Shown here one piece after another: positions 11,044-21,182 of a DNA stretch of 55,598 bases (position 1 is the first letter of the stretch; each line of letters begins with the position of its first letter). The translations under genes were made by a program, and so were the position numbers. The notes beneath the pieces were generated by a model, which saw only the letters and a program-made list of their open reading frames with translations, made no database searches and was not told where the DNA came from. The DNA is from Promethearchaeota archaeon (GTDB taxonomy: Archaea > Asgardarchaeota > Lokiarchaeia > Sigyniarchaeales > SOKP01). The DNA lies in NCBI GenBank assembly GCA_019057865.1, contig JAHLWP010000029.1:1-55598 (forward strand), given 5' to 3'.

Positions 11044-11222
11044 ATTACATCACTTCAAATTTAATTTTTTCAAATATTTAATTATTTTTTTTATGATATT
11101 TTAATTCTAATATTAAGGGGATAGGTTATTAAGCTGTCAATAAACTAAAAAAATAAAAAAATCATATGAGAGGGAAGAATTAGTAAAGTTTTTTATTTAT
11201 ATCTAATCAGAAGTATATTTCT

Positions 11223-14200
11223 TTAGCTCTCTTTTAATTGATATAAGGTTTCACATATAATTGGATCTTGAGTCATTTCACATCTTGCTTTGAGTAAAGG
11301 AATAACTCTTTTTTTAATATTTTTATCTCCGTATTTGACAGTTCGACCTAAAATTAAAGCTATTGATTGTTGGGTTTCTAATGATCTTTCAGCACTAAGA
11401 TTTTGTAGGAGCTTTGATAAAATTTTATTAATTCCTACATCTCGAATTATATCAACCAAGATATTAATTATACTAGTTCTTACTTCTTTTGATTTATCTC
11501 CTAATAAATCAATAACTAAATCAAATCTTTCCTCTATTTGATTACTATAAATTTTCAATAATCTCGTTGATGCTTCTCTCACGTTATAGTCTTTACTTAT
11601 AAAATTCTTTGATAATTTTTCGAAAGAGAGATGTGATGCATTAACTTCTTCTATATTCGATAACATCTTTAACGCAGTTCTTTTGACCCAATTTTCTTCA
11701 TCATCAAGTAGATGAACAAGTTTCCCTATGGTTTCTTCTTTATTTTCAATGTAATCAATAAGATTCCCTAAGCTAGAGGCTGCTGCTTCTCGAACAATCC
11801 ATTCCTCATCAATCAAAGCATTATTAATTAAAGAATCAGCTGTTAATGATGGATTTCTTTTACCTACAAAACCTAAAATCCTTGTGCTTGTTTCACGTAT
11901 AAATGAATCTTTATCAGAGAGAAAATTAATAACATTACGGACCGGAATAATTTCTGGTGAATTTTTAGCAATTTCTAACAAAGATTTAAATAATGTAATT
12001 TTTACTGACGACTCTTGCTCATTGATTGCTTGAAAAATTTCAGATATTAAAGGTTTTATTAAAATAGGATTTTTTTTAGCTATTTTTGAAATAATTTTTG
12101 AAGATTCTTTTTTAATCTGCTTATTTTTATCTTTTTCCAATAGCGTGATAATCGGTCTCATTTTAATGGTTTCAAGATATTCCTCTTCTAAACCATTTAG
12201 GGAAGTAATAGCATTAAGTCTTATAACATCATTTTCATCATTGAAGTAGTAAAATAGTTTTGGAATTATATTTTTTGGATCATTTTCTGCTATTTTAATA
12301 ATTGTATTTGAAACAATACCCTTTTTTAGGAATTTTGCAATATCTGGTACTTTAATTAGATTTGTTAATATTAAATCCTGATTCTCTCGAGATTTTTCAA
12401 CGAGAATATTTGATATATTTTCTTTCAATGGTTCATTTTCAAATTTAATGAAAATCAATAGAGTTGTCAATATTTTTTCAGGATTATATCTCCATAATTT
12501 ACCCAGAAGAGATAAAACACTATTTAGAATTTCAAAATTATTCGGGTCAATCTTATCAATAATTGTATCAAAATTTAATAATTTCGGTTCCTCATTAAAA
12601 TATTTCTCGAGAGCTGTAATTGAAGCGTTTCTTACATTTTCATTTAAATCAGTTAATCCATCTAAAAATGGTGATAATGGAATCTTATATTTTTTAAAAT
12701 TTCCAATCTGGCTAAAAACTTCAAATACAGAAGCTCTCACTTCACTATTGGGATCCTTCATTAAAGGGGAAAGTATAGATATAAATTTTTTATCTATATC
12801 TTTTACTTTATAAGATTTTATGGTTTTTATTGCTGCTGCTCTTATTTCCTTATTAATGTGAAATAATTTATTAAAAATGATGCTAATGGGTATTTTAACA
12901 GAAGATAATGATAAAATATTAAGTATTTCTACTTGTACTTGATAATTTGGATCTTCAAGTAATTCATAAATATTTAAATTTTGAATTAATTCATCCTTAT
13001 TTTTAATTATTCTATTAAGTAGCTTTAAACTTAATATTTTTGTACGCCATTCTGAATCTTCAACAAGGTTTAAAATCAATTTTTTTGGCAAATTATCTAT
13101 AAAATCTAAATCAGCATTCAAAAGTGATCTTAGAATAGGTATAATTTTATCGTAATTTGGAGATTCTAAAGTTTCTATTATCCAGGGTCTTATTAAATTC
13201 GGAACATCTTTTTCTAATTGGACTAAAATTTTATAGCATATTCTCCTTGAAGTCGAGTCATAATCACAAATACCGTCTAAAAGTAAATATTTGTATTTCC
13301 AATCGTTGAGATCTATCTCTGTTTTTAGTGGAATTCTTTCAAACATTAAAAGGATTGTATCTTCTGCATATTTTCTTATTATTGGATTCTTATCTTTAAT
13401 ATAAGTAAAAAGAGGGATAGGATCAAAATTTTGACCACACTCACTAATTTTTGAATATTTTATATTATACTTAAATTCACTTTTCGTAGACAAAAAGAAA
13501 TATGATGTAAAAATTATTAGCGCAACTTCTTCTATTAATGCAGCCCATGTAAACATAAGATAATTTGGCACAATTTCTCTGGTGATTGACCAGTAATTAA
13601 AACTATTGGATAATCTATTAATATTAACAAGTATAAAATTCACAAAAACATTAATACCTATAGCTGCCATTAAATATGCAGCAAAATATATATCAATTCC
13701 TCTATATTTGATTTTTCTACCCCAAAAGCGAGTAAAATATCCAATGATGCCAAAGAATAAAGTTACATATACAAAATATGAAGACATTGTTGATATTGCA
13801 AGTGATTTAGTAAAGAAAAAAGCAATTGTCTGAATCATAGAAATCCAAGCCCATACAAAAACAAATAACATAAAACCTAAAATGATATAAGGCTTGGGAT
13901 TTGAAGTGAATTGTTTCATTCCTCTTTTACTATCTTCAAAATTCAGAAAGATTGATCTTTTTATGTCTGGTATATGATAAAACTCATTTGAAATTCCCGC
14001 TATATATCCTTTAGTTCCGTAGTGTACTATAATTATAAGAGGATATGCAAGTATCCAAGAAACCCATATCACCATGAATGGTAAGCCCGAAAGAACCAAT
14101 ATAATCGGGGGTAGAATTAAGAGCAAATATAATATTATTGCCATAAAAAATGATTTTATCTTATTTTCAGATCTATTAATGATTTTATTACCAATTAATT

Positions 14201-14528
14201 TATGAAATGGTGTAAGACCTTCGTCAGATTCTTTACTAAGAGCAATGAATAAAAAATCAATTAGGGGGTAAAAGGATATATAAATTAAACATACTGAAAA
14301 TGGTATAAGAAGTGCTAGCGGATGAACTGTATCAGTAGCGAAAATAAAACCCATTGCAACAACGACCAAAATCGCTATACCAAAAATGAGCCCATATAAA
14401 ATGCATTGAACTCGATCTATGTTGCTGAATTCTCCTTTTTTTACTAGGGCTACTTGTCGATATATTAGGAAAAACCCAACTAGGAAAAAACCTATAAATA
14501 GTATTAACAAAATAATTTCTATCTGCAA
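11223..14528 (-). CDS. Multi-pass membrane protein fused to a long HEAT-repeat solenoid
   Basis: About 8 hydrophobic segments in the first ~345 aa, then repeated L.D.(N/D)..VR..A HEAT-like units. Confidence 0.8.
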   Translation of the reverse strand: MQIEIILLILFIGFFLVGFFLIYRQVALVKKGEFSNIDRVQCILYGLIFGIAILVVVAMGFIFATDTVHPLALLIPFSVCLIYISFYPLIDFLFIALSKESDEGLTPFHKLIGNKIINRSENKIKSFFMAIILYLLLILPPIILVLSGLPFMVIWVSWILAYPLIIIVHYGTKGYIAGISNEFYHIPDIKRSIFLNFEDSKRGMKQFTSNPKPYIILGFMLFVFVWAWISMIQTIAFFFTKSLAISTMSSYFVYVTLFFGIIGYFTRFWGRKIKYRGIDIYFAAYLMAAIGINVFVNFILVNINRLSNSFNYWSITREIVPNYLMFTWAALIEEVALIIFTSYFFLSTKSEFKYNIKYSKISECGQNFDPIPLFTYIKDKNPIIRKYAEDTILLMFERIPLKTEIDLNDWKYKYLLLDGICDYDSTSRRICYKILVQLEKDVPNLIRPWIIETLESPNYDKIIPILRSLLNADLDFIDNLPKKLILNLVEDSEWRTKILSLKLLNRIIKNKDELIQNLNIYELLEDPNYQVQVEILNILSLSSVKIPISIIFNKLFHINKEIRAAAIKTIKSYKVKDIDKKFISILSPLMKDPNSEVRASVFEVFSQIGNFKKYKIPLSPFLDGLTDLNENVRNASITALEKYFNEEPKLLNFDTIIDKIDPNNFEILNSVLSLLGKLWRYNPEKILTTLLIFIKFENEPLKENISNILVEKSRENQDLILTNLIKVPDIAKFLKKGIVSNTIIKIAENDPKNIIPKLFYYFNDENDVIRLNAITSLNGLEEEYLETIKMRPIITLLEKDKNKQIKKESSKIISKIAKKNPILIKPLISEIFQAINEQESSVKITLFKSLLEIAKNSPEIIPVRNVINFLSDKDSFIRETSTRILGFVGKRNPSLTADSLINNALIDEEWIVREAAASSLGNLIDYIENKEETIGKLVHLLDDEENWVKRTALKMLSNIEEVNASHLSFEKLSKNFISKDYNVREASTRLLKIYSNQIEERFDLVIDLLGDKSKEVRTSIINILVDIIRDVGINKILSKLLQNLSAERSLETQQSIALILGRTVKYGDKNIKKRVIPLLKARCEMTQDPIICETLYQLKES

Positions 14529-14631
14529 TTTTTACACTAATTTTTTCAGTCTATTAGTATATTAATATAAGTTTTAATTTTCTAGTTCTAAATTGTTTAG
14601 TATATAAAATTATATTAATTTATTAGATCTG

Positions 14632-15201
14632 GTGAAAATTATATTGGAAAAAGTTGAAAGCCAATTAAATGACTCCCTAAATAGGATAAATTTTATGTTT
14701 ATGAATGAAGAATTAATTATAGAATGTATAAAAAGTTTCAAAGGATTTTCCTTTCTAGGAGAATCATTTGGTCCATTTGAGAAGGGAAACAAATATAGGT
14801 TAAAATTGTTCTCAGCGTTTCCTTTTATTGAAAATGACATTATGAAAATAGCATCAAATGAAAAATGCGATAATGTTGATGTGCAAAGATTTGCTATTGA
14901 TGAACGTGACGATCAAAAGCTAATATATAGAGATAATAATTATTTTCTAAACAAAATAAAGAAATTTAAAATTTTCTTGGAAAAGGATATTAAAGATAAA
15001 ATCAAACCTCCTTTAGATTTAGACAGATATAATTCTTATATGTCAAATATTATTGATAGTCGATTGTCAAAACTCTTAAGATTAGCAAAGGCGGAGTTAT
15101 CCTTGGATGATGAGAGAAGATTAACAAGTTCAGAAAAAATACTATTTAAACATTTATACAAGTATATTAAAGTGTGGAGAAAATTTTATTTAACTCATTA
15201 A
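14632..15201 (+). CDS. gins23: GINS subunit, Psf2/Psf3-type (GINS23)
   Basis: N-terminal B-domain-like FGPFEKG segment followed by helical A-domain RLSKLLRLA...LTSSEKILF...W; close to mcm. Confidence 0.65.
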   Translation: MKIILEKVESQLNDSLNRINFMFMNEELIIECIKSFKGFSFLGESFGPFEKGNKYRLKLFSAFPFIENDIMKIASNEKCDNVDVQRFAIDERDDQKLIYRDNNYFLNKIKKFKIFLEKDIKDKIKPPLDLDRYNSYMSNIIDSRLSKLLRLAKAELSLDDERRLTSSEKILFKHLYKYIKVWRKFYLTH

Positions 15202-15875
15202 GAAAAATATATCTCTCTTGTTCCATAATTTTTAAAATAGTCTTCTATATGTATTGCAATATCCTTATCTATCGTTAAAGTTGGTAATAAATCTACTGCG
15301 TTACTCATCGCATAATACTTGACATCCTCTTCGTGTATTACTTCTTCTACACTTTTTCCATCATCCCTTAGTTCATTTCTGTTAGTTATGCCAATAGCAG
15401 CTATTATATCAACTTTAATTGCCTTTAAGTTTTGAATGCTTGTTATCAAAGATCCACCTGTTGTTGTTACATCCTCAATAACAATTACTTTTCCTTTTGG
15501 CATCCCTAGAAAAAATCTATCCTTTGGTTCACCATGATCTTTTGGTTTACCTCTTCCCATGGGTAAATTATAGATTCTATTATGATAATTCTTTTGCTTT
15601 TTTGCCCATTTGAATTGTGTAATAATCCCAATTTTACTGGCTCCCTCAGGTACTCCATAAAAACAATCAGGTTTTAAATTAAGACTTCCCACAAATGAAA
15701 TTATATAATCAGTTAATTTATCAATTAAATTTACATCCTCAGAAACATTTCTCCAATTTATATAAAAATAGGAAAGCCTATTAGATTTTAATCTTATTGG
15801 TTCCTTAAAGAATCCAATTACTTTATTAACGATTATGAATTCATAAAATTTCTTTTTCTCTTTATCCCAATTCAT
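15198..15875 (-). CDS. pyrE: Orotate phosphoribosyltransferase-like PRTase
   Basis: LKSNRLSYFYIN and PRPP-binding VIVIEDVTTTGGS. Confidence 0.8.
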   Translation of the reverse strand: MNWDKEKKKFYEFIIVNKVIGFFKEPIRLKSNRLSYFYINWRNVSEDVNLIDKLTDYIISFVGSLNLKPDCFYGVPEGASKIGIITQFKWAKKQKNYHNRIYNLPMGRGKPKDHGEPKDRFFLGMPKGKVIVIEDVTTTGGSLITSIQNLKAIKVDIIAAIGITNRNELRDDGKSVEEVIHEEDVKYYAMSNAVDLLPTLTIDKDIAIHIEDYFKNYGTREIYFS

Positions 15876-15886
15876 AAGTAGTAAAA

Positions 15887-16411
15887 CTATTCCTTTAATG
15901 TTAAATAATCTTTTCTTGCTTTCGCATATTCTTCAGCGTTAATTTTTCCAGCTAAGAATTCTTTTTCTTTTTCTCTCATAACCCTCCTTTTTTGAGCTAA
16001 TTTTTTCCTTCTTTCTGCTTTAAGGAAATTATTTGAAATATTCTTAGCGATACTTACAATATCTTTATTTTTTTTGTTAATTAAATTTTCTAAATAAGGT
16101 TTGATTGGGATTATCATTTCAATGTTTTTGTTGGAAAGTTCTTCAATTCGAATTAATGCGAGAATAATCTCCTCCTCATTTTCACCTTCTAAAACACTCA
16201 TCAATCTTGGAATTGCAATATCTTTTGTTATATCGTTAAGATATTCTTCAATTTCCTTTTTTATTTGGGGATCTTTATAACTATCTAATTTCTTACTACG
16301 TATATACTCAACAAAAATAAGTGGTAATTCAATTGGCCAATCTTGCATTTTTTCTTTATCGATTAATTGAATAATTCCACCATCTTTTTTGTGAAAAACT
16401 CTTATATCCAA
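15887..16411 (-). CDS. Hypothetical helical protein, overlapping the end of top6A
   Basis: 174-aa ORF overlapping the top6A stop by 10 nt. Confidence 0.65.
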   Translation of the reverse strand: MDIRVFHKKDGGIIQLIDKEKMQDWPIELPLIFVEYIRSKKLDSYKDPQIKKEIEEYLNDITKDIAIPRLMSVLEGENEEEIILALIRIEELSNKNIEMIIPIKPYLENLINKKNKDIVSIAKNISNNFLKAERRKKLAQKRRVMREKEKEFLAGKINAEEYAKARKDYLTLKE

Positions 16412-17589
16412 TCACCTGTTGTTAATTTTTCTGGAAGGTACGTATTGGTAAGAAACTCAAAACCATGTCGAGAAAGAGCCTGAATTTCTGCTTTTTTCTT
16501 TAGTTTGAGAGCTAGGCTTAAATCAATTTCCCATTGTTTATTCTTTTTAACAAAATCTTCTTTTAATAATTCTTTTGTTCTTTTAACATCCATAGGTTTC
16601 ATAGGAAGTCTGACTTCTTCTGGAATTTTGTATTTATCAAGATCTCTTGTTAAAACTCCAAGTAGTTTAATATTTGGGGTCGCTAAAAAAGGTGATTCAT
16701 AACTTAGTCTTTTTGAACCTCTTAAATATACGCTATGAATATAATGTCCATATGGATCACTATCTACTAGACTAAAAACAGGTAAATTTAATTCTTTACT
16801 TAAGCGTTTCAAAAACATGCGTGTTGCAATATCAGCAGCTCCTTTTGCTGTAAGGATAATACATGGATACTTCTTCCAAAACCTATCTTCAGCTAAACGT
16901 ATCATTGCTGCGTCTTTTTCTACCACTAATATAAATTCCGCATCTGATTCTATTATTTCTATATTATCGAGCATAGGCGATATCATCCAACCACCACTAC
17001 CTAATCCTTCTAGATCGATTATATCATTTCGATCCCTTATTCTGAGTCTTCCAACGCACACACCTTTAGCAGATGCAACTATATGAGTTGAATTTCTTGT
17101 TGTATATAACATTGCAGCAACATCTTCAATACTTTTATCACTGTTCTTCTGTTCTGTAAATAATTTTACATCAGTATAGAATATTTCCCTTTTAGTAGCA
17201 TGGATATCTTTAATTAATAGCTCATTTACGATTTCAAGAACTCTCATTAATCTTGTTAGATCTGCTACACTAGTAAGTGAATGAAATTGCTTTTCTACTA
17301 TTTGTTCACCTAAAAGCAAAAGATCATTCTCTTCATCCCAAATTATATTAGAACTCGTTCTAGCTGGAAGTTGGATGGATGGGCGACCTGTATTGTAAAT
17401 TTTTGTAATAGTATTATCTACTATTGTATATAATCTTTCAAGAGTCTCGTTTCTGTTAAGATCATCAATCTTTACCGTCCCTTTTGGAAGATCAATTGAT
17501 TTTTCTTCTTTCTTTTTTTGTAAATATAAGTTAAATAATTCTCTAGCTGCTTTTAATTCCTTTTTATCATTTTTTTCTTTTTTAGCCAT
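16402..17589 (-). CDS. top6A: DNA topoisomerase VI subunit A (Spo11 family)
   Basis: TKREIFY catalytic Tyr, VVEKDA and DSDPYG TOPRIM motifs. Confidence 0.95.
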   Translation of the reverse strand: MAKKEKNDKKELKAARELFNLYLQKKKEEKSIDLPKGTVKIDDLNRNETLERLYTIVDNTITKIYNTGRPSIQLPARTSSNIIWDEENDLLLLGEQIVEKQFHSLTSVADLTRLMRVLEIVNELLIKDIHATKREIFYTDVKLFTEQKNSDKSIEDVAAMLYTTRNSTHIVASAKGVCVGRLRIRDRNDIIDLEGLGSGGWMISPMLDNIEIIESDAEFILVVEKDAAMIRLAEDRFWKKYPCIILTAKGAADIATRMFLKRLSKELNLPVFSLVDSDPYGHYIHSVYLRGSKRLSYESPFLATPNIKLLGVLTRDLDKYKIPEEVRLPMKPMDVKRTKELLKEDFVKKNKQWEIDLSLALKLKKKAEIQALSRHGFEFLTNTYLPEKLTTGDWI

Positions 17590-17608
17590 GATTAATATAA
17601 TAAAAATA

Positions 17609-20600
17609 TTATTTTAATTTCCAATGTTTTTTACCCATTTTAAGGTCAACTAGAATTTCTCCTTTACGCTCTAGCTCTTTGAGTTTTAATTGAAGGTATC
17701 TAGCATCCATCATATCCTTAATTTTCAATTTGAATATCAAATGTTTTATTGTTTGCCATTCACCAGATAAAACTTTAAAAATTCGTTCTGTTGTAATAAG
17801 AGGTAATGTTTTTTGAATTGTTTTTGGTTTAGATATAACTCGAGGTTCAGGTTTGACTGCTTCTACTACTGCTTCTGTAATTGGTATCTCTACTAGAGGT
17901 TTTTCTTTAAAGGATTCTTGTATATTTTTGATGAGATCAGCCTTTCGTACTTTAGAAGATATAGTTATTTTATTTTCTAAACAATATTCCTTAAGTTCTT
18001 TTATGGTCCAATTATTAAGAGTTTTTTCAGAATAAATTACCTTTTTGGGCTTAACTTTTTCAACAATTGGTTCTATCTTAGGAGGTATTACCTCTTTTTT
18101 AATTTCTACTTCCTTGGTTTCTATTTTCCTGGGTTCTTCTTTCTCTATTTCTTTCTTTTTAACTAGGGGCTTTTCCAATTGAATTTTTTCTTCAACAATA
18201 GGTGATGGTTTTCTACCAATAGCATTTTTCATTAAATCTTCTAATTCCTCTCTGGCAACCTTTCTACCATATTTACCATCACCTTTAGAAGTTATATTAT
18301 ATAAACTTTCAACGAAGATTGGTATATATTTTTCAATTAAACTTGCTCTTTTTTCAGTTCTATGTATACTTGCTCTTCTATTAAGGTAGATTCGTAGTTT
18401 TCTTCCTATAGCTTCAAGACAATATTTTATTTCTTTAATTAAGTCTTCATCATCTGCTAAGGCATTTTTTGATTGAGATTTAAACATTAAATGGACAAAT
18501 GGACCAGAGACATTAACTAATAATTTAATTGGTCCTTTAGGTAAACTATTATCATAAGTATCTAAATTATAATTCTTCCAATTAACTGATTGTACAGCTT
18601 TAGTAATAGCACAATCGGCACTATCTCTTAATTTTGGTGTTCTATTTACAAATCTTGATAAAACATCTCTAGATCGTTTAGGGATTTCAATGTTTTTTGA
18701 ATAAGCCATTACAGCTTCGACAACATAGGCTAAACCTTTTCCACTAGTGGGATCACGTGTTTCTGCTGCTACAAAATCATCGTCTCTTGTAAAATTTTCA
18801 ATAAAATATTCAAAAACATCAGAATAACTTTGAATTGAATCATCTTCGGGAATTATAAGAATTTCATCTATATTTTGCTTAAATTGTTGAAATTCTAGAT
18901 TATCATCTTTAATATCAATATTTGCTAAAATTTTTGAGTCTAAATCAGCAATTTCTCCATAATCTACAGAGATATCTTCGTGAACTTTGGGATCTTCTTT
19001 TTCTAAAGCAAATTTCTTTTCTTCACTTAATATAGAGGAGGTTTGGCTAATCTCGTCTACAGGAGTGTCAAAATCTTCTAGATTTTCTGAAATCCTTAAT
19101 CCTAATTCCTTTATTAATGTATTTTCCAAAATGGAATCACCTACTGGAATAGCAGTATCAGTAGGAGGTGCCATAAATTTCATTGATTTGAAAGAAAGAA
19201 AAAGCGAATTAAACTGTTCTCTTGTCAAATCAGAAGGTTTTGCTTTAGAAATTTGAACTTCACTTACTAAATCCTCAAAATCGCTTCTATTTTTAAATTT
19301 TTTTAATTCAATTAATCCTTCTTTAACATTTTTGAAAAGAATGTTAAGTTGATCTTTAATGTTTTCCTTTTCCTTCTTAATTCCTTCAATATCAATTAGA
19401 AAATGTTTAATTCTTTTTTCTAAATTTTTTACTTCTTTTTTTGTTTCTACTTTTTGAATACGATTATTAAATTTTTTTATCTCTTTATTTATTTTCTCAT
19501 AATCTTTATCAAAAGTATTATATTTTGAAATTAGATCCCAATATTTTTTTCTTAAATCATCTGATTCAACTTCATAAATTATTAATTTATCTCTTGGTTT
19601 ATCAGAACGACCATAAACTCTCTTTTCGTTTCTTAAATAATGAATTTTATCTGTGTGTGTTTGTGTTCTAGTAACAAATCCATCTTTTAGAATTAGGAGC
19701 TTTAAATTATCTTGTAAATCATTTTCAGCCTTATCAACTATTACTCTAGCTGTTTTTGGACTAATTCTCACAAAATTATCTTGCAAGAATGAAGAAATAG
19801 TTTTCTTTTCTGCTTTTGTAATTAAATCTTGCAGATCACCAATATTTACTGATGATGGGTGAGGTTTGGCATATTTAGGTTTTCGTGGAAAAGAAGAAGC
19901 TAATCTTCGATACATCTTTTCCTTGCCATATGGATCAATATACATAATTGTAATATGAGGATTCATGAATGCAGTTTCTTCGATATATTTTTCGACGTAA
20001 CCTCTAATATATTTTACGTTTAAATAGTTCAGTTTTATATAAGTTCCATGGAGAAAGGCACTGTCAATATCTGTTGGATGAATCAAATACTTTTTCTCAT
20101 TTTTAGATGTTGTAAAAAATTCAGTAACAGTAGCATAGATATTGTCCATTGATTTTGAAACAGCAATAACTGGTTTTCCTGTAGTATTTTGCGCATCACT
20201 AAAAGCACTCGGCGCACCAAATCCTTGACTTCCCCTCGTTTGTTTTAATTCCAATGATTTTGAGGAGGCAAGATATTTCCCAAATTTTCGTAAATCAATT
20301 TTAGCCATTCCTGTACCATTATCAAAAATTTCAAAAGTGTAGCTCATTACATTTTTCTGACTTATTTCAGATGTCAAAAATGAAGGAGCTTCAAATTCTC
20401 TCATACGAACAATTACGATAGGTTCTACATCAATGATATTTTCAACTGGTTTAATAATTTCTTCCATATCGTCAATAATTCTTTTAACTTCCTCCTCCAC
20501 CTCTAACTCATCTTTTTCACTGATTTCTCCAGATTCCTCTAGCTTTTCTTTTGATTCTTGAATAACTGATTCTTCAGATTCAATAGGTTCTAAACCTAAC

Positions 20601-20857
20601 TCTTGCATCAATGTGTGTTTTGCTTCATTGTTTAAATGCTGAGTTTTTTTTTCCTCTTTAGCTGTTTCAACGATTGAAAATTTTTCTAAAAATAGTTCTT
20701 GATCTAAGGAGAATTTAATCTTTGAATCAAGTTTTTCTAATTCTCTCCATTGAAAACCTTCAATTGCGTCAAGGGCATTATCAATAAATTCTGCGCAATA
20801 TTGTACATGTTTCCAATAACCAAACTCAAAACCAACTAGTTGAGTTCGCTTACGCAT
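17609..20857 (-). CDS. top6B: DNA topoisomerase VI subunit B with large insertions and C-terminal HeH and winged-helix extension (true start probably up to ~20917)
   Basis: GHKL motifs EFIDNALDA, DNGTGM, RGSQGFG, HGT; RFVNRTP in the transducer. The in-frame upstream IKQGTIAEY resembles the Top6B N-terminal strap. Confidence 0.92.
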   Translation of the reverse strand: MRKRTQLVGFEFGYWKHVQYCAEFIDNALDAIEGFQWRELEKLDSKIKFSLDQELFLEKFSIVETAKEEKKTQHLNNEAKHTLMQELGLEPIESEESVIQESKEKLEESGEISEKDELEVEEEVKRIIDDMEEIIKPVENIIDVEPIVIVRMREFEAPSFLTSEISQKNVMSYTFEIFDNGTGMAKIDLRKFGKYLASSKSLELKQTRGSQGFGAPSAFSDAQNTTGKPVIAVSKSMDNIYATVTEFFTTSKNEKKYLIHPTDIDSAFLHGTYIKLNYLNVKYIRGYVEKYIEETAFMNPHITIMYIDPYGKEKMYRRLASSFPRKPKYAKPHPSSVNIGDLQDLITKAEKKTISSFLQDNFVRISPKTARVIVDKAENDLQDNLKLLILKDGFVTRTQTHTDKIHYLRNEKRVYGRSDKPRDKLIIYEVESDDLRKKYWDLISKYNTFDKDYEKINKEIKKFNNRIQKVETKKEVKNLEKRIKHFLIDIEGIKKEKENIKDQLNILFKNVKEGLIELKKFKNRSDFEDLVSEVQISKAKPSDLTREQFNSLFLSFKSMKFMAPPTDTAIPVGDSILENTLIKELGLRISENLEDFDTPVDEISQTSSILSEEKKFALEKEDPKVHEDISVDYGEIADLDSKILANIDIKDDNLEFQQFKQNIDEILIIPEDDSIQSYSDVFEYFIENFTRDDDFVAAETRDPTSGKGLAYVVEAVMAYSKNIEIPKRSRDVLSRFVNRTPKLRDSADCAITKAVQSVNWKNYNLDTYDNSLPKGPIKLLVNVSGPFVHLMFKSQSKNALADDEDLIKEIKYCLEAIGRKLRIYLNRRASIHRTEKRASLIEKYIPIFVESLYNITSKGDGKYGRKVAREELEDLMKNAIGRKPSPIVEEKIQLEKPLVKKKEIEKEEPRKIETKEVEIKKEVIPPKIEPIVEKVKPKKVIYSEKTLNNWTIKELKEYCLENKITISSKVRKADLIKNIQESFKEKPLVEIPITEAVVEAVKPEPRVISKPKTIQKTLPLITTERIFKVLSGEWQTIKHLIFKLKIKDMMDARYLQLKLKELERKGEILVDLKMGKKHWKLK

Positions 20858-21182
20858 ATACTCTGCGATTGTTCCTTGCTTAATCCTTCCCTCTTCATCT
20901 TTAGTAATTTTAGGCGCACTCTATTATATTGTTATTCTATAATTTTTTAGTATTTAATTATAAATATATATACAATTATTACTGAATTAATTTATATTGT
21001 TATTTAATATTAGATATAGAATCTTATATCTTAAGTTTCTATTATCTTCTTATAGTTTAATTGTTCCTTCACTTTTTAAAGAAATTGAACAAGTATTTAA
21101 ATATTTTCTTTAAGTTGAAAATTATAAAAAGAGAAAAACTTATATTAAAGAACGCTTAAAATTAAAGAGAGCAGAAATAGCT

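Noticed and set aside
8917-20857. Inteins in MCM or Top6B
   Set aside because: MCM is of normal length; the Top6B insertions lack C/S...HN splice junctions and LAGLIDADG motifs.
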